Source: Chrysomallon squamiferum
Taxonomy: Eukaryota > Animalia > Mollusca
NCBI GenBank assembly: GCA_012295275.1
Contig: CM022665.1
Coordinates: 17,670,001-17,734,000 of the forward strand
Length of the DNA stretch: 64,000 nucleotides
Reading direction: 5' to 3'
Position 1 is the stretch's first letter; every line of letters starts with the position of its first letter. The notes beneath the pieces were generated by a model that was not told the DNA's origin, did no database searches, and saw only the letters and a list, made by a program, of their open reading frames with translations. Below, piece by piece: positions 1 through 15,360 of the stretch. Position numbers and translations under genes: made by a program.

Positions 1-569
1 AAACAGTGATATAGCTCTTGCCGAGATGGAGTGAGTGGATCTCTAAAACATTGTCTTGACAGGTGATATATCTGTTGTTAGGTACAGTGGAACAGCAAGA
101 GGGTACCTAAAACATTGTCTTAAAAAGTGACAAATCTCTTGCTAGGGTGGAGTGGGGTAAGCTATGGATCTTTAAACTGACAGTCCTTTTTTCCATTTCA
201 TCTACTAAAAAACACAAACTGAAACAAATGTTTTGTCAGTCTCTCACCTTGTTTGTTTTTCAACTTCTCATCAACACAGTGAATTGTATTACAAATACTT
301 CAACTATAATACTAGAATTAAATCTCATTTAATTTGGTTGAGTAACTGAATCAACAGAAATCTTTTACAACTGACTGTGACCAATCTGCCCATGCACAGT
401 AACTCCCTCTACTGTCATTTATTTCTACATTGTATGTAAACTCAAGTATATTTGCAGAAAACTAAAATGGCTGATTCACTGCAAAAACGTTTTAAAATTC
501 ATTTTGGGTGCAGCAGTAGCAGCAGGATTGGTGTGTGATAACAATTTTAAGTGTGACAGTCTCCTAGAT

Positions 570-1110
570 TGTCTGCCCACATTTATGTTAACGTATTGTA
601 AAGCACGTCTGTGATGGCTGCAGAGTCTAGGAGCTTGTTGATGTTAGTTTTGATATGTTAAACATTTGTTAGAAAGAAAGATGATAATACATTAACACAT
701 TTAATATGAAACTTATTATAAATGAATGTTAAGTACATCTGTTACAGATATTCAGTCTAAGAGACTGTTTATTTTAGTGCTGATGTTTTAAAGATTGGTT
801 AGAAAGAAAGATAATAATAAATTTAATCTGATACTCTTAGTAAACTATTGTTAAGCACGCCTGTTATGGGCACAGTCTAGGAGGTTGTTGATGTGAATGC
901 TGATGTGCCATAACCTATTGTTAAGCATGCCTATTATGGGCATGCTATATAGGAAGTTATTGATATAATTTTTAAAATATTAAAGACTGGTCAGAAAGAA
1001 AGATGGTAACAAATGTAAACCAGTATTCACTGTAAACTATTGTTAAGCATGCCTGTTATGGGCAGACTCTCAAGGATGTTGTAGGTGTCAGTTTTGATGT
1101 TAAGGATTTA
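570..1110. repeat. Degenerate tandem repeat (ATTGTTAAGCAYGCCTGTTATGGGCA... core, about 5 copies)
   Basis: Core recurs near 595, 725, 847, 916 and 1039, with AGAAAGAAAGAT blocks between some copies. Confidence 0.8.
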
Positions 1111-2984
1111 TTTTAAAAAGCAATGGAGTAGTCATTATAAACATTCCTGTCTTCCAGTCTTTAAATCTACATTCTATATTCATGTCCCTTGTTGTGCAGT
1201 CAGAATGTTTATTAAATTAGTTTTTTTTTTTATTATTTTAAAATATCTTCATGCAAAGATGTTATTGTCTTCATAATCATAATCATCATTATCATCATTA
1301 ATAAATTATTAATATTACTATTGCTATTATTATCACTGTTTTTATTATTGTTATGATTATCATCATTATTATTAACATTGCTATGATTATGGTTATTATT
1401 ACTGTTATCATGATTATCATTATCATTGTTATTACCCTATTATTATTTTTTTTATCATCACTGTCATTGTCATTATCATCATTAATTTTATTATCATCAT
1501 CGTTTCACATATTAAAAAAAAATTCAAATTAATTTTAGTATCTACACCAAACATCCTTCATTCTTTAACATTTTTAGAATATTTTCTTTCCTCTAACTTT
1601 TTTCATTTCAGTTTTTTTTACATACAAATCCTTTTTATGTTAATCATATAACTTTCTCAGCTAAACTGTATCCAAAGTCTACATCTTAAATTCCAATTAC
1701 CTCCCTTCTCTACTTCTTTTCTTTAATTACTTTTTTTTTTTTTTTTAAATTAATTATCCATTTGTACTGCAGGTAAGAATTTTGTTTGAAAAAAAAAATC
1801 TATGTTCTGTAGTGTTATTTACTAAGATTGAAACCAGTTTTGGGTGCTGTCGAGTATAATTTGGCTAAAATCAACAAAGTTTTACTTTGAAGCTTATGCC
1901 TTATTGGTTGTGAACAGCAAACATAGCCAATGTGAAGGCATCCCTTGCGCTGTGTACACATGTTTTGAGACTGCAGTCTGCTGTAGAGCCTGTCGACTCA
2001 AACAGCCCATCAGCAGTTTGAAAATTAACATCAGAAGAAAAAAACTTTTCACAATTAGTGAGTGGATATTTATAAATTGTATTTCAAAATCTTGCGATGA
2101 AATTAAATTTTCTTTGGATTTAAGAAGAGTGAAAATAAGAAATTCTCAAAGGTTTGTTTTATTTAAATTGTCTTGAGAAAACTTTTTGATGTTCTCTTCT
2201 GATTGTTTCGTAATGGCTGCCATTTCTGTTTGTTTTTTGTCAGACTTACTTTGTTTCAGCTGGTCATTGTTGGAGAACAGTTTTAAAAAAGAGTTATTAA
2301 AAGGATTCTGGATTTTTACACTGATAAAATATCATTTAATGTTGTCCAATTTTAAAAAAGATTTAAAACAAAAAAACAAAAAGTTTAATTTTTTTTTTTT
2401 TTTTTTAAATTAGTTTATTTACTCTTTGAAATTTATTTTATTTTCTGTTTGTTTGCTTCCTTATTTTATTTTATTTATTTATCTATTTATTTATTTATTT
2501 TTATTATCTTTTCTCCCATAATTTATTTGGTTATGCATTTCTTTTTCTATTCAAGTAGTGCTTACACCAAACCACTCATTCAAAAAACAAAATACACACA
2601 TCATCATTATAATATCACCATCATTATTACTATCATCATCATAATGAAGTAAACAATGTTAATTCTGATTTTAAAACGAAATTTCAGATTCAGTTTAAAC
2701 TTTCTGTGTTGATAGTGATGTTAGCTCTATTTTCAGAAGTCTGTTTAACAGTTGTTGTCTTGAGATGAAAGGTTATTGATCAGACTGACTCTTGATTACC
2801 ATGGAAACAAATTATTTTTCACAAAGATTTGATTTTCAAGAAATTCTATAATGGTTATGTGTTCTGATTTTTTTGTTCTGTTTTTAGGTTGTTGTTTTGT
2901 TTTTTTGTTTTTTGTATTTATTTTCTTTGTTTTGTTTGTTTATCATTTACAAACTACATGTATTACTGATATTTGTAGTAGATG

Positions 2985-2988
2985 TAGC

Positions 2989-3029
<41 letters not shown>

Positions 3030-3150
3030 GAGTGATAATAATAATAATAATAATAATGATAATAGTGATAGTAGTAATATTAATATTAGTAATTGTAGTA
3101 ATAATAACAGTAGATCTAAATACAACAATAGTAACAATAATACTAATAAT
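2985..3150. repeat. (GTA)n/(ATA)n trinucleotide microsatellite
   Basis: Direct observation. Confidence 0.95.
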
Positions 3151-4023
3151 ATTCAAAGCAACAAAATGAGAAAAGAAGTGATCCAAAAATTTACACACAC
3201 ACACACACACACACTTGTAGACAGTCACAAAACCATAACACCTATATATCCCCTCTCAGATACATCAACACTGAATATATAATACATTAAACACTGTTTA
3301 CAAGGACAGATTGTATTACTGTTGTTTCTTGTTTGTTTTTTCTTTTTTTCAAAGTTGCCAGATGTAGAATCATGAAATCACTGAGTCTATGAGTTTTGTC
3401 TTTACTTTGTTTGTTGATAAACATCTCTGTAAGCTTTTCTCAAACTTAACCTTCTCATACATCTTTCTTTTTCTTCCTTTACATGAACATACTGAACAAA
3501 ATAACAATCCAGAAACCTCACCCCCTCCCAATAAACTTTAGCCCTGTTTGTTGCTGTCAGCTGATAATGTTTCCTTAAACATTTCACAATATCACAGAGA
3601 AGTCAAAGTTGTAGTTCTGTTCTGGATTATTTCCCATTCCAAACAGAGTGCTACATAATTTGCCAGCAAATGTCTTGATCCATTCAGTTCAGTTAATCAA
3701 AATCAGTTTATATTCCATTCCAAAAAGCACTCCTTAACTTGCTAGCAGATGTCTATGGGAAGGCATATTTAATAAATCCCTACACTGCTAATGAACAACA
3801 TTAGACCACGTAATGATTAAATCACTTTAGATTTTAATTTCCCTGTTCTAACATGTGCTGTACATTATGGCATTAAAGGCAAAGGATTGTGATTTCATAA
3901 CTATGGGCATGTACATATAAACAAACCCTTGTTGCTATGTGTAACCTCTGAAGTGTTTACAAGTTATGCTCATTGTTATTATTCAAAATGACATACCAAT
4001 ATCTGGCAGTCGGTAATATTATA

Positions 4024-4200
4024 TGTGTTTGGTGTGTTTGATCTGTTTCATGTGTTTGGAGTGTGTGAATTGTTTGATGTGTTTTATGTGTTTTGTGTGT
4101 TTGATGTATGTGATGTGTTTTATTTGATTGATGTGTTTGGTGTGTTTATTGTTTTTGATGTGTTTGATAGGTTTGGTGTGTTTGGTGTGTTTGATGTATT
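4024..4200. repeat. 9-bp repeat (TGTGTTTGA/G)n
   Basis: About 19 degenerate copies; source of the spurious F-D-V ORF. Confidence 0.9.
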
Positions 4201-5826
4201 AGACTTGTTTTCTTCCACTGTCAGGATAATGCATATCCTGCCCCACACTAAACTATCAACCACATTTCTCCCACTTACACCCACTCTGTCACTCATCAAA
4301 TTTACACACACCCACAAGTGCAAACAGTTTTAGTGTAACTTTACAAGATTATTGGTCCCCACTGCAGTTTGGATTTTTGTTTGTTTGTTTGTTTGTTCTT
4401 TTTTTTTCACTTAGCTTTAACATAATAAAATTTTCCTCTTTTTACATCATTCATTAATCCTTCATCAGCCAGTATTGTTATTATTATTACTATTATTATT
4501 ATCATTATTACTGCTATTATTATTATTATTACTATTATTATATTGTTTCTGTACTATTACAATAACCATCATCATTACTGTTATCACCATTATCATTATC
4601 AGTATCATCATTATTAACATTTGCATCATTATTATTACACTTTCAAATTTTAACTTTATTTATTTATTTATTTACTTATGTGTTTATTTATTTATTTATA
4701 TATTTATTTATTTATTTGTTCATTATATCTATTTTTTACATTATTTATTTTTTTGTTATTTATTTTATTTTATTTCTTTTTATTATTTATTATTATTTTT
4801 TTGTTCTAAGGTTATAAAATTGTAGATTATTAGCAGTTGATAAACAGATGACACATTGCTCCAGGTAAAAACAATTTACCTGTAACAAGATGTCCCAATT
4901 TGATCCAGAGTGTTATGCTTTAGGCTCATGAAAAAGTTGGTGACAAACCTTTAATTTCTTTTTTGACACTTCTGGTTTACTGGTACATTTTGTTTCTGTG
5001 TATTTCATATGCATAGATAAAGACAGACAGATACAAACACTATCTATCTATCTATATGTTTGTGTGCGTGTGCGTGTGTGTGTGTGTGTTTGTGTGGGTG
5101 TGGGTGTAAAAATAAGCATGTACAAACACACATATAAACATCCACATATACAAATACACGTGTGTGTCTATACATAAGTATATATGCATGCATACATACA
5201 AACATGCATGTATATATATATATCTACAAAATATATATCTTATGTATCTACAAACATACACTGTGTGCATGTATATCTATGACATGAAAATATATATATT
5301 AAAACAAATCTCTATAAAACAAGACTGAACACAGAATTACATTAAGACTGTGTACCAACATTCAGTCACAAAACATCACTTAGGCTTTAAAACGTTAGCT
5401 CCAAGATGGGCAAAAAAATAGGCTTTGTCCAACCTTGTAGATTTGTTTATCCAGGAAACATTTGTTAAAGTTGAGTCTGGCTGACAAATACCTGACATTG
5501 CTCATGCATTTCAAAACATTGATTACCTTCGTCTGATTACCTTTCTTCTACCTGGACAGATCTTTGTACAAATTGTAACTGTGGTGTTAAAAACAACAAC
5601 AACAACAGTATGTCTTCATGTCTGTTTGTACTCCTGAAGGAAACACAGAGTTAAACTTGAATTGGTGTGTCTTTTATAGTATGTGTTTACTTGATTATAT
5701 ACGTAGATACATAAATACTTAAATATACATACATACATACATACATACATATAGATGTATATATATATACAAACATACATACATACATACATACATACAT
5801 ACAAACATACATACATACACACACAA

Positions 5827-5858
<32 letters not shown>

Positions 5859-6181
5859 CCACACACACATAACGTTGTCTTGATGGCCAAACAATAAGGT
5901 TGTCAGCAGTATCTGACAGGTTTGTGAGGTTGTGATTGGACTTTGTCCTCCTGTGCCAGTGTGTTCCCAAATATTTTCTGTGTGCAGAGTCTAATCAGAC
6001 GTACATACGACAGACAATATTCAAAATCTTAAAATACATATTCGCAAATGTACTGTATATGCATACCTATACTAAGATAAAGAAACATAAACTCAGACAA
6101 TAAGAAGTATGTATGTATATATATATACACACACACACACACACTAGACATATATATATATAGAGATAGATAGATAGATAC

Positions 6182-6216
<35 letters not shown>

Positions 6217-6589
6217 TAGATATAGACAGTTATAGAGACAGATAGAGAAACAAACAGACAGGTAGAGGGATAGGTAGATAGATAGATAGGTAGGTAGGTA
6301 GGTAGATAGATAGATAGATAGATAGATAATATTATTAAATTAGGAGGTTCTGTTTGTGAAGATCTAACAATGAGAGGTGTCAGAATTTTAATATTTCTCA
6401 AACTGGTGATTTGTTTCTTTTTGTTGCACAGTTCACACTTAACACAATCTTGTCAAGTCAAATTTTTGTTTATTTTGGAGACAGTAACAAACAGAAACCT
6501 GCCAATATTTCTGTTTTATCACACTCTGAGTGCAAACCAAGAAATTATCTGACAGAGAAAGAGTCCAAAGATAATTATTTTGGACAAAG

Positions 6590-6935
6590 TGATGCAAAAG
6601 TTATTTTGCACTAAAATACATTTCTAAGGAGAGTCAACTGGGATTTAGTGCAATATTAGTTCATGCAAAAGTACATTTTGAAATAGAAAAATATTAATTC
6701 ACACAAAAATATATTATGAAATAGTGCAAATTTATTTCACATATAAGTATACTCTGAAATAGTGCAAAAATATTTCACACTAAAATACACTGAAATAATG
6801 CAAAATTATTTCACACAAACATATGTTATAAAATAATGCAAATTTATTTCACAGGATAGTACATTATGAAATATTGCAAATTTACCACACATTGAACAGA
6901 CTTTGAAACAGTGCAAATTATTTCACACAAAATGT
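6590..6935. repeat. Degenerate ~40-bp tandem repeat (GAAATAGTGCAAATTATTTCACAC...)
   Basis: TGCAAA..TTATTTCAC motif recurs about every 40 bp. Confidence 0.8.
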
Positions 6936-7262
6936 TAAAAATAAATGATTAATTTGGTGCATCAGTTTAAACCTTCTATAACTGAGTTTGCACTTCAAAT
7001 ATTGAAATAAAAATAAAAAGAAATAGTATTTGTTTAATGAGATATTTTGTACAAGTATGTATTCACTTCCCTTCAGCTTAACACCCTCCATTCAGACCAG
7101 TTTATTAAACACTGATGTTGATTTAATTCATCATGGGACAGTTGAAGATCCTGATTAGATCCCTTTAATACTGCAGAATGAGACAGCTTACACATTTTTA
7201 CATTTGTTAGGTGTCAAATATGCTCTGGTATAATTTTATAACACATACCACTGAATGAATGA

Positions 7263-7305
<43 letters not shown>

Positions 7306-8052
7306 AAATATATATATGTATGTATGAATGTATATCATTGTGTATGTGTCTAAGTAAATATACATATGTATGAGTGTATATATATATATATATATATCTA
7401 TGTATATATATGTGTTTGTGTTTTGTGTGTGTGTGTGTGTATAAACACACACACATGCATATGGATACAGAAATGCATACATATATGTGTGTGTGGTGTG
7501 TATGTGTGTGTGTGTTTTATCAAATATCTCTCTGAACTTTAACTTCTGTTGTAAAAACAACACAACTATGTTCATGTCAGTCATATCTGAACCACACATC
7601 AGATGTTGCTGCAGATGTTGCTACAACAGTTTATGATGGCTGTAAAATATAGAGTTTCTCTAACACTGTTTTAGTTACAAACCTAGGCCACTGTGTATTA
7701 TTCTTTAGATATTTTTTAATTCTATATCTTTTTTTATTTTGTTCTAGATAGTTCTGTTTTTGTTTTTTTTTGTTGTTTATTTTTGATTTTTATTTAGGAT
7801 ATTTGTGTCCTGACTTTTATTCTTTATACAGCATATTTTTAAATGCTATATATATATACATATTGTTTTGCTTCTCTTTTTAAACTTATTTTTGAAATCT
7901 GATTAATGATATTTGTGTATGCTATTTTAAATTATTTTAATTAGGCAAAAAAGAGCATGATGTATGGATGGACTGTGTATGTTTGATACCTTTACATTCA
8001 TACCTATATACACTCATATGTATCTAAACATATATTTTACTATATGAATGGA

Positions 8053-8086
<34 letters not shown>

Positions 8087-11000
8087 ATGGTATTGTTTAT
8101 ATGTACAACTAGATATGTGTTTATTAAATTTGGATGTATGTATGAATGTGTGTGTGTGTGTATTAGTAGAGCAAACATAACTTTTCCATTGACATTTTGA
8201 ATAAATCATCAGCAGTGAAGTTGTTGTCACTCAGATCAGTTGCCATGACAACAAAGCTGTGTCCAGTGCTGTTGACTAGAAGGTACTTTTAGAATGTAAT
8301 GGATAATTCTGGAAAAACAACCTGTTGTGCATCTGTCAGTGGATAGTTTTTTATCAAGTAAATTTAGAGAAATGATATGTGTTTAGGTAGATGTTTCAGA
8401 TGTATCTCTACAAGGTTTGATATATGCAATATCTATTTCATAACTAATAATTATATTGGGTGTATATGTGTGTGACTTATGGTTATTAGGTATTTAATGT
8501 TTGTTTTTTCTAACACATTTTCTTGTTTTTCTGCACTTGCTTTTTTGTTTTATTTATTGCTTTCATATTTTGTTGTTTAAAATTACCTCTCTATATATAT
8601 CAATTAATACTATTTTAACCTAATGAAGCTTTTCAAAATAGAAATATTTTACTATTTTTTTAATCACATCTTTTGAAATAGCCAATGGTCAGATAGAGGA
8701 TTATGTTGTGAACATCACAATCATAAATGAGTTTATTTATTTTACCTGTGTTACCTGCATCATTCAGTGTGTACAGGTAATTAATTTGTGTTGTTTTATT
8801 AACACACTACCTGCAGCGCCTTCTTTCTTACCTCCATTAGATAATATATATATATCATTTGTTATTATATATGTATGTATATCTGTCTGTATGTGTGTGA
8901 CTGTGTGTATGTGAGTGTGTATATGTGTGTATGTGTATACTTACATATGTATGTATATATATATATATATATATACGTATGTGGGTATATATGTTTGTGT
9001 GTGTGTGTGTGTATAAGAGGCTATGTACTGTTTTAGAAACAGATCAGTTATTAAGATAACATGGCTGCCTCTGTCCAAGTTGGAAAAAACTGGTTGATTT
9101 GACAAGTGTGACAAGTGAAATTGGGTTTATACAATTTTATATAACCTATTTTGTACCTGCACTAGCAGTAATACAAAAACAGTTGCAGCAAAATATTAAG
9201 TAAAATCTCTGCTCACAAGATGTAGATACCTAAACTATCAGATTGCTTTTCGTGTGTAATTATGTATACAGATGGGACGATGATGCATTAATGTAACTGA
9301 ACTAATTCTGAAAAATAATTTGAAACTTTTGTACCCACCTACCTACACATGTTTCTGTGGATTATGTAAATCACATTGAGATCTATCTGGTATAGAGACA
9401 CAGTTATCTACAATACATACATATTTCTCACAGTGGATATTGGTGTTTATATTTACATACTCGTACATAATATAAATATATTTTACAATGTCCAAAAAAA
9501 GACAAAAATAAAATCGATAAATAAAAAAAACAAAAACAATAAAAAAAAATAAATTTTGAAATGTCCAAAAAAAAATAAAAAATAAAAAATAAATAAATGA
9601 AAAAAAAAAATAAAAAAAAATAAATAAATAAATGAAATGAAATAAAATAAATAAAAATAAATAAATAAATAAAAGTAATAATAAAATAAAAATAATTCAA
9701 AAAGAGAGGAGAAAATATGTTTCTTTTCACATACAGATACAGTTTATAAAGACATTTTAGTTCCAAAAAATAATAATAATAATAATAATTTTAAAAATAG
9801 AGCAGAGAAAACATTTTAAAAAATTAATAAAAAAAGGAAACTAGAATTACAAAATAGATCTAGATTTTATATTCACAAACAAAATTTGTTTAAACAGAGC
9901 AAAATGGGAAATTTGACATTTGCATTCAACAACAAAAGAAAACTTTGATAATATGACAAATTAAACAAATAAACAACAACAAAAATACACTAAAAAAACT
10001 AACTAAAAAGAAACAAAACTAATGTGACTCATATGATATTAAGGACTGATAAATAAATTACAGTGAAATAAATGTTTTTTATTTTTATTTACTTTTCTAT
10101 ATGTGGTATTTATGGAGTTTGTTTATAAAACTTGCTTATACTGTGCTTCAACATGTCTTTTTGTTTCTGTTGTTATTTCTATACCTAGAATTAAAAAGGT
10201 ATTTTTTAAAAGCTTTTTTTATTTAATATTACAGAAACAGAGCAAAATAAATGTCAGTTTTTATGTAAATCAGAAATTTTATCTCACTTTGGTTTTGTTT
10301 GGGGGTACTTTTGTTATTTTGTTATCTGAAATTAAAATATGTATATCATTTTAAACAAACAGTACACACATGTGCAGTCAGATATATTATAAACAGACAA
10401 ACAAACAGTGACAGAAAGATACATACATATATTCAAACATACATACATATACACAGACATACACACATACTGAGTACACCCACATTAACATAAACATACA
10501 CACAAACACATAAACTGAATACACATTAACATAAACATATACATACACACACACACACCCATCCAGTGAATACACATTAACAAACATATACACAGTATAT
10601 ATATGCATTAACATAAACATATTATATACACATATAGACAATGTATACATGTTAACATAAACATATAATATACATACATACAGTGTACATACACTAATAT
10701 TTAATCATTAATATAAAGATATAGACACATACATACAGTGTACATACATTAAATTTAAACATTAATATAAACATACAGACAAATGCACATATACATACAG
10801 AGTACACACAGACAGACACACACACATATAAAGCCACACATGTAGATGTAATAATTTTTGTTTCTTTGACGATTTTTCACCACATTATTTAATATAACAA
10901 CAAACTAATTAATAGTCACAAATGATAAATACATGATGGTGGATATTTTTAATTATATATAGTAATCACCAACCAAAATAGTGAATTTATCCACAAGTCT

Positions 11001-11279
11001 TATATCCAGCATATAGCAAAAATATCTTTGACCTTCTCTTTCTATTTATCTACCTGTTAATATCTTTTCCTCAATTTCCACCATCAACATAATTACAGAC
11101 ATTTATAAATTGTTGTAAACCCAGATAAGGCCTCAATTAATTACCCCTGATGTATGTGGATCTACATATAATATAGCTGATAAGTATTTTGGTTTGGTGG
11201 TAGATGTGTGTGTGTGTGTTTGCAAAGAGTCATGGGATTGATAGAGTAATGCATGCCAGTGAGTTGTGTCATTGTACAG

Positions 11280-11428
11280 ACGAGAAACTTTTTCTTTGTT
11301 GTCTGCTCTCTGATTACAGCTGTATTTTTACCTGTCAGTGACTGAGACGTTTATTCTTCACTTTTTTGTTGCCTGGATTGTTTTATTCTTTTCATAATGT
11401 TTAATGGATTTTGTTTTACTTGTCGAAG
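11280..11428 (+). other. Candidate 5' leader (first/UTR) exon of SHANK; 5' end uncertain
   Basis: Non-repetitive island ending in a perfect donor GAAG|GTAAGT (GT at 11429), upstream of the acceptor at 22977. It contains upstream ATGs at 11397 and 11404. No transcript evidence. Confidence 0.45.
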
Positions 11429-12939
11429 GTAAGTCATTTAATTTTTTTTACAAATATCACTATTTATTGGTAAATGTTATATGAGTTGTTCATTTTAATA
11501 AGTTTATTTGGTACCTATGTTAAAATATATACCATTTATTCTCTTTATGTTTTAATAGGTTTGTTCGGTACATAAGTTCAATAATTTATTTAGTTTTTTA
11601 ATAACTAAATATTATACTTTTATTTTATTTTAATTTTATTTATTTGTTTGTTTGTTTGTTTGTTTGTTTGTTTCTTTATTTTTTTTTTTTTTTTTTGTTT
11701 TAATTTAAATATATATTACACTTTGTACTTTTTAAAGTTTTAACAAAACCTATATAAATTAAACAGTGCACTAGGTTCAATATCATTTTTTATTTATTTA
11801 ATTATAATCTCTTGCTTCATGTCACAATATTAATGGATTTGTAGATTAAGTGTATACACTTAAACACTTATAGCAGACTTACTGAACTTTGTTCATTAGT
11901 AAGTTTGTAAGATTATATTTTATTGTTTTCTTACAAATGTAGGTTATTTAAAGTTGTTTTAGTTATTCTAAAATAGTGATTTATTTTTCATTGTCAGCCT
12001 AACATAATTAAATAAATAAATAATTTTTGTATCTGTGAAATGGAGATGAAGGGAATTTAACTTTTTTTTTTTTTGGTGGATTTTCAGATTTCTTTTTTAA
12101 TTGTTTTTGTGACTAAATGAAAAATATTTTATGAGAACAGTTTTTAATGACTATAATTTAGTTTCTTTTCCATTGTAAACAAAGATTGTTTTATGTAAGT
12201 GTTTTATTTAGATGGATGATTAAAATAATTTACTGTTTCGGTGTTGTCAGTTTATAAAATATATAATATTATCTATTAATATCTGCTAAAAATGTATTCT
12301 TTATATAATTTTTTATTTCATTAACGGAGAATCATTTTTTCTTTTTTTTAAATTGCATCTTAACTTTATTATTTCAAAAATATATCTAAAAGTATAACTT
12401 CATTATTAATTAATTTGACAGTTATTGACTCCACAGTTTCATTTTATTCATTGGTAAAAATAAAGTGTGGGTAAGATCAGTTCGTTTCAACTGTGTGTCA
12501 TATGACAGAGGTGCACATTCCATTGCACATTGTGATGAAAATGTCAAAGATCACAATGATCCATTCTCATAACTTCAAATTCAAACTCGTGCATAAAACT
12601 AGGTGAGATTTGAGTTGTGTGTAAATCTATTTTTTTTCTTTTGTTTGGTTTTTGTTTTGTGTTTTTTTTTTTTTTTTGATAATTAATTTTATTTTGAAAA
12701 TTTCACTCATTCACTGAAATGATCATGACTTCTACATTTTTAAAAATAATATCCATCCTGAAATTTATTATCATTGCTTCCTGCCATTAAAATACATTTT
12801 TAAAAAGCATTTTATTAACATTTGCTAAGGGATATGTTTTTATTCATCCCAGCCTTGAAAACAAAATAAATAACCAGTAGATAATAAATAGTTATATCTT
12901 TGTGTATTTCAAATGAGGAACTTACATTGATTATAGGAA

Positions 12940-13320
12940 CATGAAGATGTACTGGTTTCAAATCATAAAATATATATCCAGTATTTTGCATAGGAGGTAC
13001 AAAAATATTAACCTGGCCCTGAAATGAATCCTATAGATATATTTAACCAATATATATATATATATATATATTAAAATGTAGAATGTATGTTGGTTATAGA
13101 AATAGAAAGATGTTTTGATTTCAAATCATAAAATATATATCCATTATTTTGCACAGCAAGTACATAGTACATATATAGCATGTATGTCTTATTAATTTGG
13201 CCCTGAAATGAACCCATAAATATATATAACAAATGGATATATATTTGCATATGTTAAAATGTGGAATGTACACTGGTTATAGAAACAGGAAGATGTTTTG
13301 ATTTCAAATCATAAAATTAC
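12940..13320. repeat. Degenerate ~165-185-bp tandem triplication
   Basis: AAGATGT...TTTCAAATCATAAAA near 12945, 13108 and 13290; TGGCCCTGAAATGAA occurs twice. Confidence 0.85.
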
Positions 13321-13664
13321 CTCATTACTCATTTTGTGTCTGATCTGAGCCAAACACGAGTTTGAAAACATTTCTGTTAATTAGCAATTAGTTGAAACAG
13401 CAAAATGTATAAAATCCACTGACATTAATAATGAATGATGCATTTTTCTCTAGACTGTAGAACATAAATTTTAGTAATATTTTAGAATATATTAATTTTT
13501 AAAATCAATATTTTCTATAACAAAATATATGTATAAATTGCAATAAAGAATGACAAGTTTTTCACCAAAATGTAGAGCATAAATTTTAAAAATACTTTAG
13601 AAAATATTATTTATTAAATCCAGTTTTGGAATACATGGTTAATTTTCTGAAACAAAGAAATGTG

Positions 13665-13985
13665 TAAAGTTTCAAGGAAAATTCTCTGGTATTATTTAAG
13701 AAACAAAAAAAATTCTTCATCAAATGGTACCAGTAATTTTCTTCACCATTGTTATACATTTCAAGAAATATCCAGTGCTCTGGTATGTTTTAAGAAAAAT
13801 TTACGTCATCGCAAAGTAGGTAATGTTCATCACCACTATTATATGTTACAAGGAATATTCAATGGTCTGGTATTTTCTAAGAACAATTCTTTCATCATAA
13901 GGAAGTTATTTTTATCATCACTGTTATACGTTTCAAGGAATATTCAGTTCTCTGGCATCCTTTAAGAAAAAATTTCTTTCATCTG
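13665..13985. repeat. Degenerate ~87-bp tandem repeat, 4 copies
   Basis: TTTCAAGGAATATTC...CTGGTAT...TAAGAA...TTCATC recurs near 13669, 13759, 13846 and 13931. Confidence 0.8.
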
Positions 13986-14353
13986 TACCACTGAAGGTCA
14001 CTTTCATGTTTATTTTAAGGTATTTTTATTAAAACAGCCAATGAACACTGCAGTCAGAGACCAAATATCAACTTTAACCTTCTTAAAAGATTAGTTTTGA
14101 ACATGAAATCTGAGGAAATGAGATTCTAACAGGAGTGTGTTTATTTTCACAGTCCAGTACGTGGTCAACATCAACACCTTGACCAGCCTCAAATATAGGA
14201 AGTAGGAATGTTGGACATTTTCGTTTTTTCAAAATTAGAAACGAAAAATGTCAATCTAATTATACATTGTTAGGAATTTGTTCATTCTAAAATTGACTGT
14301 ACATATTTTAAAAATTAGTTGTAACAGCAAAATGTGAGTAAATGTGAGTCAGC

Positions 14354-14404
<51 letters not shown>

Positions 14405-14978
14405 GTATGTTTGTAAATATAAATTAATAACATGTTTCAATGCATAAATGTTTGGGTGCATTTATACCAGTGAATACATACATATGGATGGATAGGCAAT
14501 TAGTTATGTCTGTCTGTCTGTCAAGGTGTGTTTGTGTGTGATATGTATGTGTTTATATGTATATGTGTTAGTAGTTATATGTCTGTAAGTGTGTCTGGGT
14601 GTCTGTATTAGTGTGACACTAAGGTGACTGAAGTGCAATGATATCTTACCTATTTTAAGTACAGAAGGTTCTGGATAAAGCATACTAATGCACTCTTTAG
14701 TCCATTTCCCATTCCAACCATACAGTGAAAATGAATTGCTGGTTAGAATGTAGGTAGGTCATCATATACTTTGTGAACGAATCATTTACCTGATATTTGA
14801 CATACCTGTGTTAATCTGTTAATAATCTTTCTTATCTCACAATATTTATTTATTTCTCCAAGTTATATTATGTCAACATGCCTAAACTTGAATATGTAGG
14901 CACTGAAGTTTCTGAAAAAAAAAAGTAAAAAATTTAGAAAATATTTTTGAAGTCAAATTCTGATTCACCTTTGACATT

Positions 14979-15027
14979 TTATATATATATATGTGTGTGT
15001 GTGTGGTTGTGTATATGTATGTATGTA

Positions 15028-15073
<46 letters not shown>

Positions 15074-15246
15074 CATTAATACATATGTATACACACACAT
15101 CTACATCCACACAAACATATACACACTCACATACATAAACACACACATACATACATACATACATATATATATATGTATGTATGTGTATATATATATATAT
15201 GCCTATATAATGTATGTATTTGTGTGTCTTTATGTATATGTCATGC

Positions 15247-15308
<62 letters not shown>

Positions 15309-15360
15309 TTATTTATGTATATATGTATATTTATGTATATGTGTATTTATTTATGTACAT
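14979..15360. repeat. Compound (TA)n/(TG)n/(CA)n/(TATG)n microsatellite
   Basis: Direct observation; representative of many similar blocks (e.g. 5720-5870, 7264-7515, 16580-16790, 50930-51150, 52345-52720). Confidence 0.95.

Noticed and set aside
2851-3282. ORFs of 60-170 aa with poly-[12 protein letters not shown] or HTHT content here and throughout the track
   Set aside because: Translations of di-, tri- and tetranucleotide microsatellites with no coding signal.
13660-13965. 101-aa ORF
   Set aside because: Coincides with an ~87-bp degenerate tandem repeat; no splice or homology support.
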